Below are positions 50,044-61,869 of a stretch of 64,000 bases of DNA, one piece after another. The notes under the pieces are model-generated. The model made no database searches. It saw only the letters and a list, made by a program, of their open reading frames with translations, and was not told the DNA's origin. Positions within the stretch are counted from its first letter, which is position 1; each line of letters begins with the position of its first letter. This DNA is from Chiloscyllium plagiosum. Taxonomy: Eukaryota. The translations under genes were made by a program, and so were the position numbers. The DNA lies in the NCBI RefSeq assembly GCF_004010195.1, contig NC_057719.1, positions 25,993,641 to 26,057,640 on the forward strand, in the 5' to 3' direction.

Positions 50044-50726
50044 CACAGGAGTCGCAGGTAGCTAGGATAGTGAAGAAGGCGTTTGGTATGCTTTCCTTTA
50101 TTGGTCAGAGTTGTGAGTACAGGAGTTGGGAGGTTATGTTGCAGCTGTACAGGACATTGGTTAGGCCACTGTTGGAATATTGTGTGCAATTCTGGTCTCC
50201 TTTCTAATGGAAAGATGTTGTGAAATTTGAAAAGAGTTCAGAAAAGATTTACAAGGATGTTGCCAGGGTTGGAGGATTTGAGCTATAGGAAGAGGCTGAA
50301 TAGGCTGGGGCTGTTTTCCCTGGAGCGCCAAGGCTGAGGGGTGACCTTATAGAGGTTTACAAAATTATGAGGGGCATGGATAGGATAAATAGACAAAGTC
50401 TTTTCCCTGGGGTTGGGGAGTCCAGAACTAGAGGGCATAGGTTTAGGGTGAGAGGGGAAAGATATAAAAGAGACCTAAGGGGCAACTTTTTCATGCAGAG
50501 GATGGTATGTGTATGGAATGAGCTGCCAGAGGAAGTGATGGAGGCTGGTACAATTGCAACATTTAAGAGGCATTTGGATGGGTTTATGAATAGGAAGGGT
50601 TTGGAGGGATATGGGCCGGGTGTTGGCGGGTGGGACTAGATCGGGTTGGGATATCTGGTCAGCATGGACGGGTTGGACCGAAGAGTCTGTTTCCATGCTG
50701 TACATCTCTATGACTCTATGACTCTA
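50044..50726 (+). mobile_element. Young 5'-truncated CR1/HER1-type LINE
   Basis: YRSWEVMLQLYRTLVRPLLEYCVQFWSP and RTRGHRFRVRG...VWNELPEEV...FKRHLD; tail (ctatgact)n. Confidence 0.95.
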
Positions 50727-51170
50727 ATCAAAGACAAGCAAAATACAATTTATTCATACACTATAGTTAAAATACAACAACAAAAAAAGAAAAGAAAGGA
50801 ATTGGCTTAGCTGTAACTCTATTGCAAAGCTTAACAGAATAATAGATTAGCTAGCTGCTAAACAGTAAATGTTCGAATGTAGTAACATCCCATAAACACA
50901 CCCTTGGCAAAAGGTGAATTTAGAAAAAATTGCCTCACATGCAACTCCAGCAGTCCAGGAGGGAAAAATATCACAAGAACTCAGAGAGTGTAACAAGAAG
51001 TGATGTACTAAAGCAATCGAACCAGCAGCAACAGTTACTGAAAATTAAAATCCTGCTTCGTTGGGAGCATGACCACACCCATTCAGGCTGCCTCTATTGT
51101 TCCAACTCCAAAAAAAGCCCCAAGGCCTTACAAGCTTTATGAGCTTTCAATAGACATCTTTGCACCTCTG

Positions 51171-51931
51171 CAGAAAGTGAGGACTGCAGATGCTAGAGAG
51201 TCAGAGTCAAAAAGTATAGCACTGGAAAAACACGGCAGGTCAGGCAGTATCCGAGGAGCAGAAGAGTCGATATTTTGGGCATAGGCCTTTCATCAGGAAG
51301 GGGGCTGAGAGACAAATACAAGGGTGAGGGTGGGGCTGGGGGTAAGACAGCTGGGATGGCGATAGGAGAATGCAGATGAGATAGGTCAGTGGGGAGGGTG
51401 ATTTGATGGGGTGGGGGGTGTACCTAATGAGGGAGTCACAGAGGGAATAGTCTCTGCGGAATGCAGATGGAGATGGGGAGGGAAATATATCTCTGACCGT
51501 ACACTTCCCTCCTCACCTCCATCCAAAGCCCCAAAGGATGTTTTTACAGCCGGAAGAGCTTTTCATGCACATCCACTCACCTCAACTGTCATGTCCATTG
51601 CTCTCGATGTGGTCTCCCCTACATTGGGGAGACAGGACGTCAACTTGTGGAGTGTTTCAGGGAACATCTCTAGGATACATGCAGCAAATGACCTCACTGC
51701 CCTGTGCCTGATCACTTCAAATCCCCCTCCCAGTCCACCACGAACCTCCTCCACCGCCAAATCCAGGCCACCCAACATCTGGCAGAAGAACATCTCATCT
51801 TCTGCCTTGGGACCTTTCAACCACACAGCATCAATGTCAACCTCAGCAGTTTCCAAATCTTCCCTTCCCCACTTCATCCCAGCCTCGGATACTGCCTGAC
51901 CTGCTGTGCTTTTCCAACACCACACTCTTCA
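51171..51931. mobile_element. PLE insertion: inverted 3' end plus forward GIY-YIG fragment
   Basis: Plus-strand HCSRCGLPYIGETGRQLVECFREHL at about 51595-51670. Inverted terminal repeat at 51171-51300. 15-bp duplication with one mismatch (51156-51170, 51932-51946). Confidence 0.85.
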
Positions 51932-53491
51932 ATCTTGGCACCTCTGTCTTAAACCCTTTCTTTAAAGAGACAGGACAAAATAAACCTCTTAACGCCACAC
52001 TATCGTCACAAGTGACTGTAGTTTTCAGAAAAAAAGTGGATGAAATGCAAGACAACCCATGCCTGGTCATTCAAAATGGCATAGAGAGGAATAAACATCA
52101 GAAACTGTTCAAAAATTTAAAGAAGCAGAGAAAAGGATTTCATATATTCATATGTTAGTACCACACACCACGATTCCAGTTCGTGAGGGCAGACAATTCA
52201 TTCTTGACCACTTTACGCCATCATCTACACTCAAAATTACCCTCAATGTTTACTGTTATAAAGTGGAATCTTACAGACAAATTACAACACTACAGTAGGT
52301 CTGAATGTCCAACTGAGCCTCTGAAATCTAAATGAGGCCGCAGTTTGTGCATGGGCAGTTATCGGTTAGATTTTAGTGCCCCCACCGTGAATGTTTTCGT
52401 CATGTCAGAGGCACTTAAATAGATTGGGTAGCTTCACCACCTTCGCAAGTACCCTCAAGCTGCCCCGATAATACAGGGGCACTGAAATCAGCCTGCTGCT
52501 TTTAAATAAATAATTAATGGTAACTTAGGCTGGTCAACAAGTTTGTGTAACAAGCTGCACATGCCAAAATACTTGGCACAGTCAACTTGTTTAAGAACTT
52601 GTATAAGAAAAGGCCAGAAATGAAGTGGGAGGTGGGGGGGTGATGGTGGGAGCACACCATTTCAGGAGCGTCATTTGTGCATTGGTGCAACCCTCCAGCA
52701 AGCTCAAGACTGCTGCCATCCCAACACAACACCATTCACCACCTTCCTTTTCATGCCATCTACCCACCAGAAGTCAATCCCCATCCTCCTCCCTCTCCCA
52801 TTTCCCTCTGCACCAAAGATGCAGTCAACCTTGGGATTCAGCAATCTGGGAAGGCCATGATCCCCTTTAAGCTCCTTTCTGGCAGTGCCCACTTCTGACG
52901 TCTGGCACTGCCAAGAGTGATGGAACTACCAGCTAATCAGATAGGTCAGCAATTCCCATTGGGCAGCCCTCCTGCTGAGTCGGCTGGCTGCAGCATGTTG
53001 TGGCTACAGTATGGTTTGTATGGAGACAAACTGGCTACTGGCTGATTGGCCAATACCCATCTGTCCAAAACAAATGGGTTGAATTCAGATCACTGAACTT
53101 CTGAGATATTATAGATCTATTTTCATTTCAAGCAATTCTGTGGCAGATATTAATTAAATGCGAGAAAATCTGCAAGGATGAATTAACATATTACTGCATA
53201 ATCACCCAGAGATTCTTGTTAGAAAACCTGGGTCTGTAATGCAGCTATAAAAACTTACAAATGTAAAATAAAGTCATTTACGAAGCCACTTTCTTTCTGT
53301 GCAGAAAGTATTAAATGACAATATTCAAATAAATGCTTTTACTAATTGGTTTGCAATGGACATTCTGTTTTTGATCAAGAACTAGCACATAAATGGTAGT
53401 AGAGGTAGCAACTTCAATTTGCTTTCATTTTTCATTAATGAATGGGTCTCTTGCCTTGTTTCCTTTCAGAGCTCTTTTACCTGTATTAAGA

Positions 53492-53826
53492 GGGGTGGCA
53501 TGGTGGCTCACTGGTAAGCACTGCTGCCTCACAATGTCAGGGACCCGGGTTGATTCCACCCTCCAGCGACTGCCTGTGTGGAGTTTCCATATCTGCCTGG
53601 GTTTCCTTCAGGTGCTCTGGTTTCTTCCCACAGTCCAAAGATGTGCAGGTTAGGTGGATTGGCCATGCTAAATTGCCATAGTGTTCAGGGATGTGCAGGC
53701 TAGGTGGGTTAGCCACGGGGAATTATAGGGTAGGGGCATGGATCTGGATGGGATGCTCTTTGGAAGGTTGGTGTGGACTAGTTGGGCCAAATGGCCTGTT
53801 TGCACATTGTTAGGATTCTATGATTC
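53492..53826 (+). mobile_element. HE1-like V-SINE
   Basis: Head ggtggcatggtggctcactgg, V-domain, tail ggattctatgattc. Confidence 0.85.
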
Positions 53827-55081
53827 TCGTACGAATAGCTTCTGTATATAAGCATTCGGAAATTATTCAATTTCTTCACCCTTTTCTGCTATAAGCCTGT
53901 GAATTTTTGCCTGCCTTCAAAAGGAAACACCTAACTTCCTCTGGAGACTTCAGCAGATGCTGCAGCTGAGCCCAGCGGCTCAGTCTGTGGGCGATTCAGA
54001 TGTGAACATGTGCTCTCTCGCTCCACAGCCCAGGAATAGACAGCCAGTGGACCTCTTCATCCTGACAGCTTCTTCCAGCCGAGTGCTCAGGCCATGTGTT
54101 TTCAAATCATCTGCTTTCTCTACTGGTTTCTTATTTATATTGTTCAATTTTTGAATAGCTTCACCTCACCCAAATCTCTGAGTGATTATGCATGAGAATG
54201 CTAATTAATCCTTCCAGTCTTTCCCTCATTTTCTTGATGCCCCTCTTTGTCACAGTACTGCTTGAAGTGGAAAATGACATGGAGTATCTTGGAAGGTGCA
54301 CTGCTCTGAAATTCCTCAATTTCTATTCTACAGAAGCAAGATGCTATAATTACAAGGGGTGGAGTGCGGGGTTGGGATATGGACTGCTTGCTCCATTGGA
54401 GGGGACATCAACCAGTTTTAATTCCCACATGCAATGTTACAGAAGATTGACTTGAATTTATTTGGGAATTAAAATTGACAAAGGTGTACAGTAGGCTGCT
54501 GATGGCACCTTGCCCAATTTATAATATCAGAAATTGAGATTAGCCCTCTTAATCCTAATAATTTGTCTAGTCTCCATGCTGTTACATTTTGTCTTATACT
54601 AAACAATTGAAATTTTGTTTACAAAACCTCCTGTGACATTGAATTTGATGAAAACAATCTGCATCCCCTTTACCTATTCAATTAGTTGCATCTTCAAACA
54701 CAGAAATGTTTGACAAATATGACTTGCCTTTAAAAAAGTCAGCCCTCATGATCCTTGATTGTTCAACTGAACATTCAGTAAATTGAAAGCACACACAAAC
54801 AATAATCTGTACACTAGCAAATATGTCACTAAAGAACCAAGCATGTCATCATTTAGAGACAGGAAAACAAAAACAATAAAAGGATGGAAAAGTAATTGAA
54901 ATTATTATCAATACATTCCCTCCATTTTCAATGGGCAACAAACCTTTACCATTCAATTGGCCTTTCATTTGGTAAACGTTTGAATAGTAAGGGCAAAACT
55001 AATGAGCAGAGCCCTGTTGAAGTGCTTGGGTAGGGGTGAGCAGAGACTCCCAGCCACATCAGCAATACCGTTAGATAGTAT

Positions 55082-55300
55082 CCATGATTTGGAGATGCCG
55101 GTGTTGGACTGGGGTGTACAAAGTTGAAAATCACACAGCACCAGATCATAGTCCAACAAGTTTAATTGGAAGCACACTAGCTTTCGGAGCGACGCTCCTT
55201 CATCAGGTGATATCACCTGATGAAGGAGCATCACTCTGAAAGCTAGCGTGCTTCCAATTAAACCTGTTGGACTATAACCTGGTGCTGTGTGATTTTTAAT
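55082..55300. mobile_element. PLE-derived head-to-head element (AGCT-hammerhead family)
   Basis: Inverted arms centred on ggtgatatcacc. 12-bp duplication gttagatagtat (55070-55081, 55301-55312). Confidence 0.88.
55175..55209 (-). ncRNA. Minimal type I hammerhead ribozyme, best-preserved copy
   Basis: CAC-CTGATGA-a-GGAGC-gtc-GCTCC-GAAA-GCTA-GTG: stem I CAC/GTG, stem II GGAGC/GCTCC, palindromic stem III AGCT, predicted cleavage after CUA. Confidence 0.75.
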
Positions 55301-55655
55301 GTTAGATAGTATAACTGGTGATGCACTCTGCCATTGATCTTAGACAGGAAATGGTTGAAGCATCTCAGTAACACTGAAATGAAGAGGAGATCTGGAGTGG
55401 TGTACAGAAAGGTTTGACTGCGATAGAATGAACAACTAGTTTGTAAATGTCTGGAAAATTAAAGCCTTCCATTGCACATCTTGTAGAACTTCACAACAAT
55501 GTTGATGTGTTCACAAGATCATTATTAATTTCACATTGGCTTGTCTATGAATATTCAGAATAATTTTTTTTCTACTTCTGCTTTAAAATCTATTTCTTGC
55601 CCTTTCTCCACTCAAAGTTTAGCTCCAACATGGAGTGCAATTGTGACAATTTCTT

Positions 55656-55741
55656 TGAAGGGCTTTTGCCCGAAACGTCGATTTTCCTGCTCCTTGGATG
55701 CTGCCTGACCTGCTGTGCTTTTCCAGCACCACTCTAATCTA
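55656..55741 (+). mobile_element. Short PLE terminal-repeat fragment
   Basis: tgaagggcttttgcccgaaacgtcgattttcctgctcc...ccagcaccactctaatct. Confidence 0.8.
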
Positions 55742-56106
55742 AACATGGGGTGGAACTGCATAAATGCCGAAAATCATATAGCTTATGAGCAAAATAGGCA
55801 TTGCAGAGTACTCATACGCGAACTGTGGACATCAACAGGTTATTTTGTATTGTTTTTGGAAGGAGTGAGGAATGTGAAGTGAGTGGTGCTTCACAGTCAA
55901 ATGTAATCTGGCCTTCTCATGTTGTTCATGCGCATCAAATTCCACTAGGATCTCTGGATGACATTTGGAATGATATCCCTGACTGAATCATTGTGTCATT
56001 GTGGGTTCAACAGGAAAGCTGTAAATGTAACTGAAAGGTTTGGACTAAGACACTTGATTAAATGCATGCGAAATGTGAACAACATTTTTTTTTATTTTCA
56101 CATAAT

Positions 56107-56491
56107 TTATCCAAAACAATAATATCCATCATCAAAGTCATCTTTGGATTCTTTATTCATAGATTCACTGTTAAGTGAATCTGTTGTTACACATTCGTCT
56201 GAGAAGGGATCTAGGTCGGAAGGTGTGCAGTCACCTGGCAAGTCGTCAGCCAGCGTGTCCAGGTAACTTCCCACTGAGATTTCATCAAGCCCATCACTGC
56301 CATCTTGCAGGCTATTCCAGCTGCCTTGGAGTGAAATGCTCTGGCTTTCTGCCAAGCTATAGAGACTGCTCGTCAAGCTGCTCCCCCTGCTCGCCATGTT
56401 GCCTTTCTCCTCTATTATCCACTTGATCGACTCAATACCTTCATTGATGGACAACAACTGATGTATCAATTGCCCTGAGGCGAGCCGTAAT
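56107..56491 (-). CDS. LURAP1L: Last coding exon of leucine rich adaptor protein 1-like (LURAP1L); 5' end apparently frameshifted; first exon not found in window
   Basis: Minus-strand ORF reads LIHQLLSINEGIESIKWIIEEKGNMASRGSSLTSSLYSLAESQSISLQGSWNSLQDGSDGLDEISVGSYLDTLADDLPGDCTPSDLDPFSD...DDGYYCFG*. This matches my recollection of the LURAP1L C-terminus (RQLLVINESIESIKWMIEEK...DGSDGLDGISVGSYLDTLADD...YYCFG). The expected upstream motif (ARLRAID) lies in another frame at 56485-56465. The ORF-finder start at 56550 is probably intronic. Confidence 0.88.
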
Positions 56492-56882
56492 CTGAACAGT
56501 GCAACGGCACCTTTTTTCTCTCTCACTGTTCCTTTTCCTTCCACCCTCATTGCTCAATCCAGGGACACTTTCACTCAAGAGCTCCTACACCCAGACAGAG
56601 AGATGTTAGACCAGCATTGAACCTTGGATCTTCTTGGTCAGCCTGTCTCAGCTACACACTGAATAAATGTACAGATTCCTGAAGAGAACCCAAGCATCCA
56701 CAATGAAATACACAGCTGCCATGTTCCAGAAGCAATTTTTAATTTTAATTTTGTTGCAATCCTGTTGGGGTAATGCTATTTTCTTTACCCCAGTTACATT
56801 TATATAGGCTATAAAAGAACCAAACAATGACAATATGCACCGGTAAACACTTTAATGAAATTTTTGGTTTCTACAAATAAGT

Positions 56883-57270
56883 AGAGTCATACAATGATAC
56901 AGCACAGAAACAGGCCTTTCGGCCCAAATCGTCCATGCTGATCAGGCTAGTCCCTCTAAACCCTTCCTATTCATATATCCATCCAGATGCCTTTTAAATA
57001 CTGTAATTGTACCAGCCCCACCACTACCTCTGGAATTCCATACAAACACCACCCTCTGCGTGAAAAAAAAATTGCCCCTTAAGTGTCTTTTAATTCTTTC
57101 CCCTCTCACTTTAAATCTAAGCCCTCTAGTTTTGGACTTCCCTATCCTGTGGAAAAGACCTTGGCTATTTATGCCCCTCATGATTTTATAAATCTCTATA
57201 AAGGTCACCCATCAGCCTCCTATGCTTCAGGGAAAGAAGTCCCTGACTATCGGGCCTCTCCTAATAACTC
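56883..57270 (-). mobile_element. CR1 3' fragment (intronic to LURAP1L)
   Basis: IEIYKIMRG...SKTRGLRFKVRG...FKRHLDGYMNRKGLEG. Confidence 0.9.
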
Positions 57271-57734
57271 AAAGCTTCCAGTCAAATGCTATTTCAGCAA
57301 ATATCTGTAAAACCCCTGGCTATCAAATCCACCCACAACCCAGCTTGGCATGCACATTTGCAGATATCAAGTGAAGACAGACTTGCCTTCAAGGCTCTCA
57401 TTATGGAAAGGTTTCCCGAATCTATAGAGCTGTGCCATAGGAAGGTCCAGATCATCTGTCATTGTTTCAAATATGTTATCATTTCATGAGATTCAGGCAA
57501 TAAAAAGGATCTGAATCTTTGTGTCATTGTGGGTATAACAGGATAACTGATGATGTAACAGAAGGGTTTGGACTAAGACACTTGATTAGGTGCATGTGAA
57601 ATGTGAACTACAGTGATTAATTTCCAGGTTCCAATTCATGGGTAGTCTTCTCTAAACCAATCAAAGCTTTTGGAGCTGCAAAACTTTTGCTCACTAAAAA
57701 TATATTTGAGTGGATTTTTTCTGAAACAGCCATA

Positions 57735-58080
57735 AAGTGAGAAATCATACAACACCAGGTTATAGTCCAACAGGTTTATTTGAAATTAGAAACTTACGGA
57801 ATGTAGCCCCTTCATCAGGTGAAGTGAGAGGGAAGCACACAGAACACAGAATTTATGGGCAGAGAGAGCAAGGGCAGAGAGATCAAAAGATCATACAAAT
57901 GGTGTCAGTGTTGAATAATAAATCTCTGCAGGTGACCAGGAATGTTAGTGTGTGTGAGTGTCAACAGCTGAATAACAAGTGAAGGGGTGACCTATAATCC
58001 AATTAAATGAGGCAGAGAGATAATTACGAAAAATTAAAAGTACGGTGGTGCCGACGACAGACCACATGACTGGAAAAACA
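57735..58080 (-). mobile_element. PLE 3' fragment (AGCT family)
   Basis: aacaccaggttatagtccaacaggtttatttgaaat...ccttcatcaggtga matches the repeats at 15240 and 55130. Confidence 0.7.
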
Positions 58081-59519
58081 TGGAACATAAACAGAAGCTT
58101 CTGGAAAAGCCCGGCAGGTCACAAAATGGACATTGAAAGTGCAAATTGATTGGAGATAAACAAATTATCATCATTCTAAATAACTCTGGGGTTGCTTATG
58201 TTGGATGTTTAAATAGCTTTAGCACAAAGGTAGATACAGACAGGATTCCATACATGTCAAATTTGGGTTTGGGAAATTTTGAGGATCTACAACCCACTCA
58301 CTGTTAACCACCAGTTTCTCAGATACTTCCCCGCTCTCCCCCCCCCTCCCACACACACACACACACACACCCCTCCCCACTCCAAACCTTTTCCAGCATA
58401 ATCTTTGCTATGTTTATAAAGCTACAATTGAATTAGACATCTTGCAGAAATCCAGCTCAGTACATACTGAGCAAAAATCAAGAATCTGATTGCATCCTGG
58501 CATGAGCTGCCCATCAGGGCTACATGCTAATGCCAGAGTGAATTCAGTGGCAGAACACTGTAAATGGAGCACAGGTTCCCCTTAGATCTGTTGCTATAGC
58601 AATGACATTTGCAGACACCTCCTCACTTCTCATGTGCTGAGCATGTGCAGAGAGCCAAATGTGGCACTTCAGCTTCAGAATATCCATCCCATAATGATGA
58701 AATGGTAACTGTTGCTCAGTAAGTGTATTTTGTGAGAACGGCCACACATAACATGGAATAAATGTACTGTATATTTTCACATAATCTTTCAAAATGTAAC
58801 TGTACTAAAAATAGATATAGCCCCCTCTGCATATTCCAATGGTCAGTGGACTTCAGTCTTGCCATCAGTTCTTCCATGAGGGAAATTACACACCTTGTTT
58901 GAAGCTCCTTGAAAATCAAGAGGCATTTTTGCATTCACTGTGGCCTAGTTAAACGTACGCAGTAGTATAATCCTTGGGGAGGAAGCAGATCCAACTGCTT
59001 CTAGTATGGAGGTATCAGGCACAACTGAGGTGAAGGGTAGCAACAGCAGTAGCAGTTCTGTGTTTCAGTTGGATTGTAATATTGTGTTGGTGTGTGACAA
59101 AGATTTACAAACATACTCTTTCCAAAAACTGCTTCTTTAGCACTTAACACCAACTTTTCCATTTGACAAACACAATTCATTTCTGTCCTCCAATCTTTCT
59201 GTCCAGATTTTAGAAGGAGAATATGTGCAATAGTGTGGCAAATGATGGCAGTCCAGAACCAATTAGTTTCCAATGAGTTTTTATGAAATAAATATACTTT
59301 ACAGAAGGAAAATATCTTAAAAATGCCCATGGCAGGAGGTAATGTACCTGCTGTTCCATACAGAATCTAACAGACAACATGCATGTGTGTGTTATGGACA
59401 TGGGTTGAGTCAGAGTGACTGCTTTGCCAGCCAACATGCCAAAAGGAAATCACCACCATGCCCTGGTGAATTATAATTTTGAGAGTGGGGCCCTCTGCCC
59501 CTCAGTGAGAGGAAGTGTA

Positions 59520-59960
59520 GAACCATAAAAAATGACACAGCACAGAAGCAGGCCATTTGGCCCATCGTGTCCATGCCAGCCCAAAGAAACCTAGATGCCC
59601 TTCAATCCCATCTTCCTGCACATAAACCCTGCTGAGAAACTGCAGGAAGGAAAGGGCTTATGCCCGAAACGTCGATTCTCCTGTTCCCTGGATGCTGTCT
59701 GACCTGCTGCGCTTTTCCAGCAACACATTTCCAGCTCTGATCTCCAGCATCTGCAGACCTCACTTTCTCCTCCAGGAGCCTTCTCTGTTCCAAGAAAAAC
59801 AACCTCAACTTCCCCAATTTCTCCTCATGGCAGGAATTCTCCAGCCCTGGCAACATTTTAGTAAATCATCTCTGCACTCTCTCCAGAGCAATTATGTCCT
59901 TTAATGTGGTGACCAATACTGCACACAACACTCCAGTTATAATCTCACCAGTGGCCTATA
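59520..59960 (-). mobile_element. CR1 3' fragment with nested PLE terminal repeat (about 59649-59771, +)
   Basis: MLPGLENSCHEEKLGKLRLFFLEQRRL on the minus strand. The insert reads aagggcttatgcccgaaacgtcg...cactttctcct. Confidence 0.8.
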
Positions 59961-60404
59961 CAGGAAGTACCACCCTCGAGAACTGGCAGGCCATCAAACT
60001 GAGTGCCAGCTCAGGCAGTCCCTGAGCTCAGTAGTGGGCATTGCTGGGGTTGAAATAAAAGAGCACAGTGAAGATGAATGGCTACAAAAGTGTGAGAATT
60101 TCCAGGGCTTGGAGTAGAAAGGTATCTGAGATCATTGGGAAGTGGGCTCAGAGGCCTGCATCAGGCTGGCTTTGAAAGGCAGGTGGCACAAAAGGTTTGC
60201 AGGGGGTGGGGATGTTGATATGTTGGGGTGGTGCCAATGAGGCACACAAAGTAGGGCGCTCCATTTCCTTCCTACAATTTCTCAGCTGGATCACAAAGAT
60301 CACCTGTCTGCCTGCCCATGCCATCCAGGACAGTGTGACATGTTACTCTTAGTGAAGGATTTGCCCAACTAATCAACTGTCCATTTTAATTGCCTTCACT
60401 GTCG

Positions 60405-60580
60405 CAAGGTCAAAATCCCAGAATTCACTCCCTCAGGGCATTGTGGGTCAACCTACAGCACATGGACTGCAGCAGTTCAAGAAAGCAGCTCACCACCACC
60501 TTCTCAAGGGCAACTAGGGATGGGCAATAAATGACTACCCAGCCAGTGATACCCAAATACCATGAATGAATAAACAAAAA
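60405..60580 (+). mobile_element. Short LINE 3' end (second family)
   Basis: ggtcaaaatcc...ggcattgtgggt...caccaccaccttctcaagggcaactagggatgggcaataaatg...atgaatgaataa. Confidence 0.8.
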
Positions 60581-61399
60581 ATGGCAGGAGGGTTTGCAAT
60601 CAGCCCATAGGCTAGCTAATCACATGTATATGTGTGATATACACCGCATGCCCTCACTGACAAAAATACACCAATTTGTAAGGGGGAGCAGTCTGAGGAC
60701 TTTTTAAAGTAGGCTATTGCTTGGAATTATTTCAAAATAACAATCATTTACAAATTCACCTCTGTCATAATAAGAATTAAAATTGAACTTCAACTAAATC
60801 CTACAAGATGGAAAGCAAAGAAAAACATGCAACAGCATTGTGGTCAGGTTGTGACGATGTTATGTTTGGAGGTGTGGGGCAATGAGCATGTGCAAATAGT
60901 GTCCTCAACTTCATAGGAGAAGAAACCTGCCAGTCAATGAGCAGTCTCCAGCAGTCCATTGTAGCACACTATCAACCTGGTAAAAAATGATTGGAGCATG
61001 TCCACTGCATGGTCTGGCTAGTTTATCACTAGTTTTTCCAAAGTAGTTGAGTGGATAGTTAGGTTGCAGATCAGCCATGATTTCCCGAATGCCAGAACAG
61101 GTTCGAGTCTCAAGACTCTATTTCTGCTCCTTTGTTAATAATCTTGAAACAGAGCCTTCTTCTCACATTTATCAATCCACACCTTGCTTTTCAGTTTCTG
61201 TCAAGGATTCCTAAATAAAAAGGACATTGTCAGTGCTTCAGCATAGCTCTGATAAAGAATTTAGTCTCCAGGAATATTTGCACCAATTTTTTGTGCATAA
61301 GGCATATCATTTCTACTCTGCTAACTCTTCTGCATCTATATTCAAGTTCAGGAAAGAATTTTCTCTCTTCAAAACTTCCTTCCTTCAGACTGAGTTTTT

Positions 61400-61672
61400 T
61401 TTTATTTACAGAATGAAAGCATTCCTAATTGCCCAGAGGGCAGTTAAGAGTCTGGTGTCACATGTAGGACAGACCAGTTTCCTTCCTAGAACTACATTAG
61501 TAATCTAAATGGGATTTTCTGTCAATCAACAATGGATTCATGGTCATTATTCCAGATCTTTATCAAATTCAAATTCCACCATCTGTCATGACAGGATTTG
61601 AATCTGGATCACTGGAACATCAGTTGGTTTCCTGGATTAACAGTCCAGTGACAACACTTGGCTACTGCCACC
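61400..61672 (-). mobile_element. tRNA-derived SINE (43703 family), inverted
   Basis: Reverse complement matches 43703-44048 (ttcaaattccaccatctg...ctggattaacagtccagtga). Confidence 0.75.
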
Positions 61673-61869
61673 CCATTTGAGAAACTGCCTTTTGGAATTC
61701 CAGTATCACTTCATATTTTTTTTGCTTCACTGCCAAAGTTTGAAAGTTTTTCCTACTGTCCACCACAGATTCTCTAGATGACCACAATAATTTACATCGA
61801 TATACTAGGCTAATAATTTAGGTCTCCAAAATACAAAGACAAATTAATGAATTATTTCTTATTTTGTCT

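Larger units (their letters stand above)
49925..52010 (-). mobile_element. Solo LTR hosting a CR1 and a PLE insertion
   Basis: Minus-strand termini TGTGACGA...CCCATAACA (same style as 42306-43109) and AATAAA at about 50749-50754. No convincing target duplication. Confidence 0.55.

Noticed and set aside
1..55000. Additional host exons (for example of a neighbouring gene)
   Set aside because: No ORF-track peptide outside TEs resembles a protein I recognise. Short exons under 60 aa could have been missed.
56492..56550. ATG-initiated N-terminus MRVEGKGTVREKKGAVALF as a single-exon gene start
   Set aside because: It has no resemblance to LURAP1L exon 1 and is most likely an open intronic frame. 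It cannot be fully excluded without RNA data.
58330..58380. C-run plus (CA)n
   Set aside because: Ordinary microsatellite.
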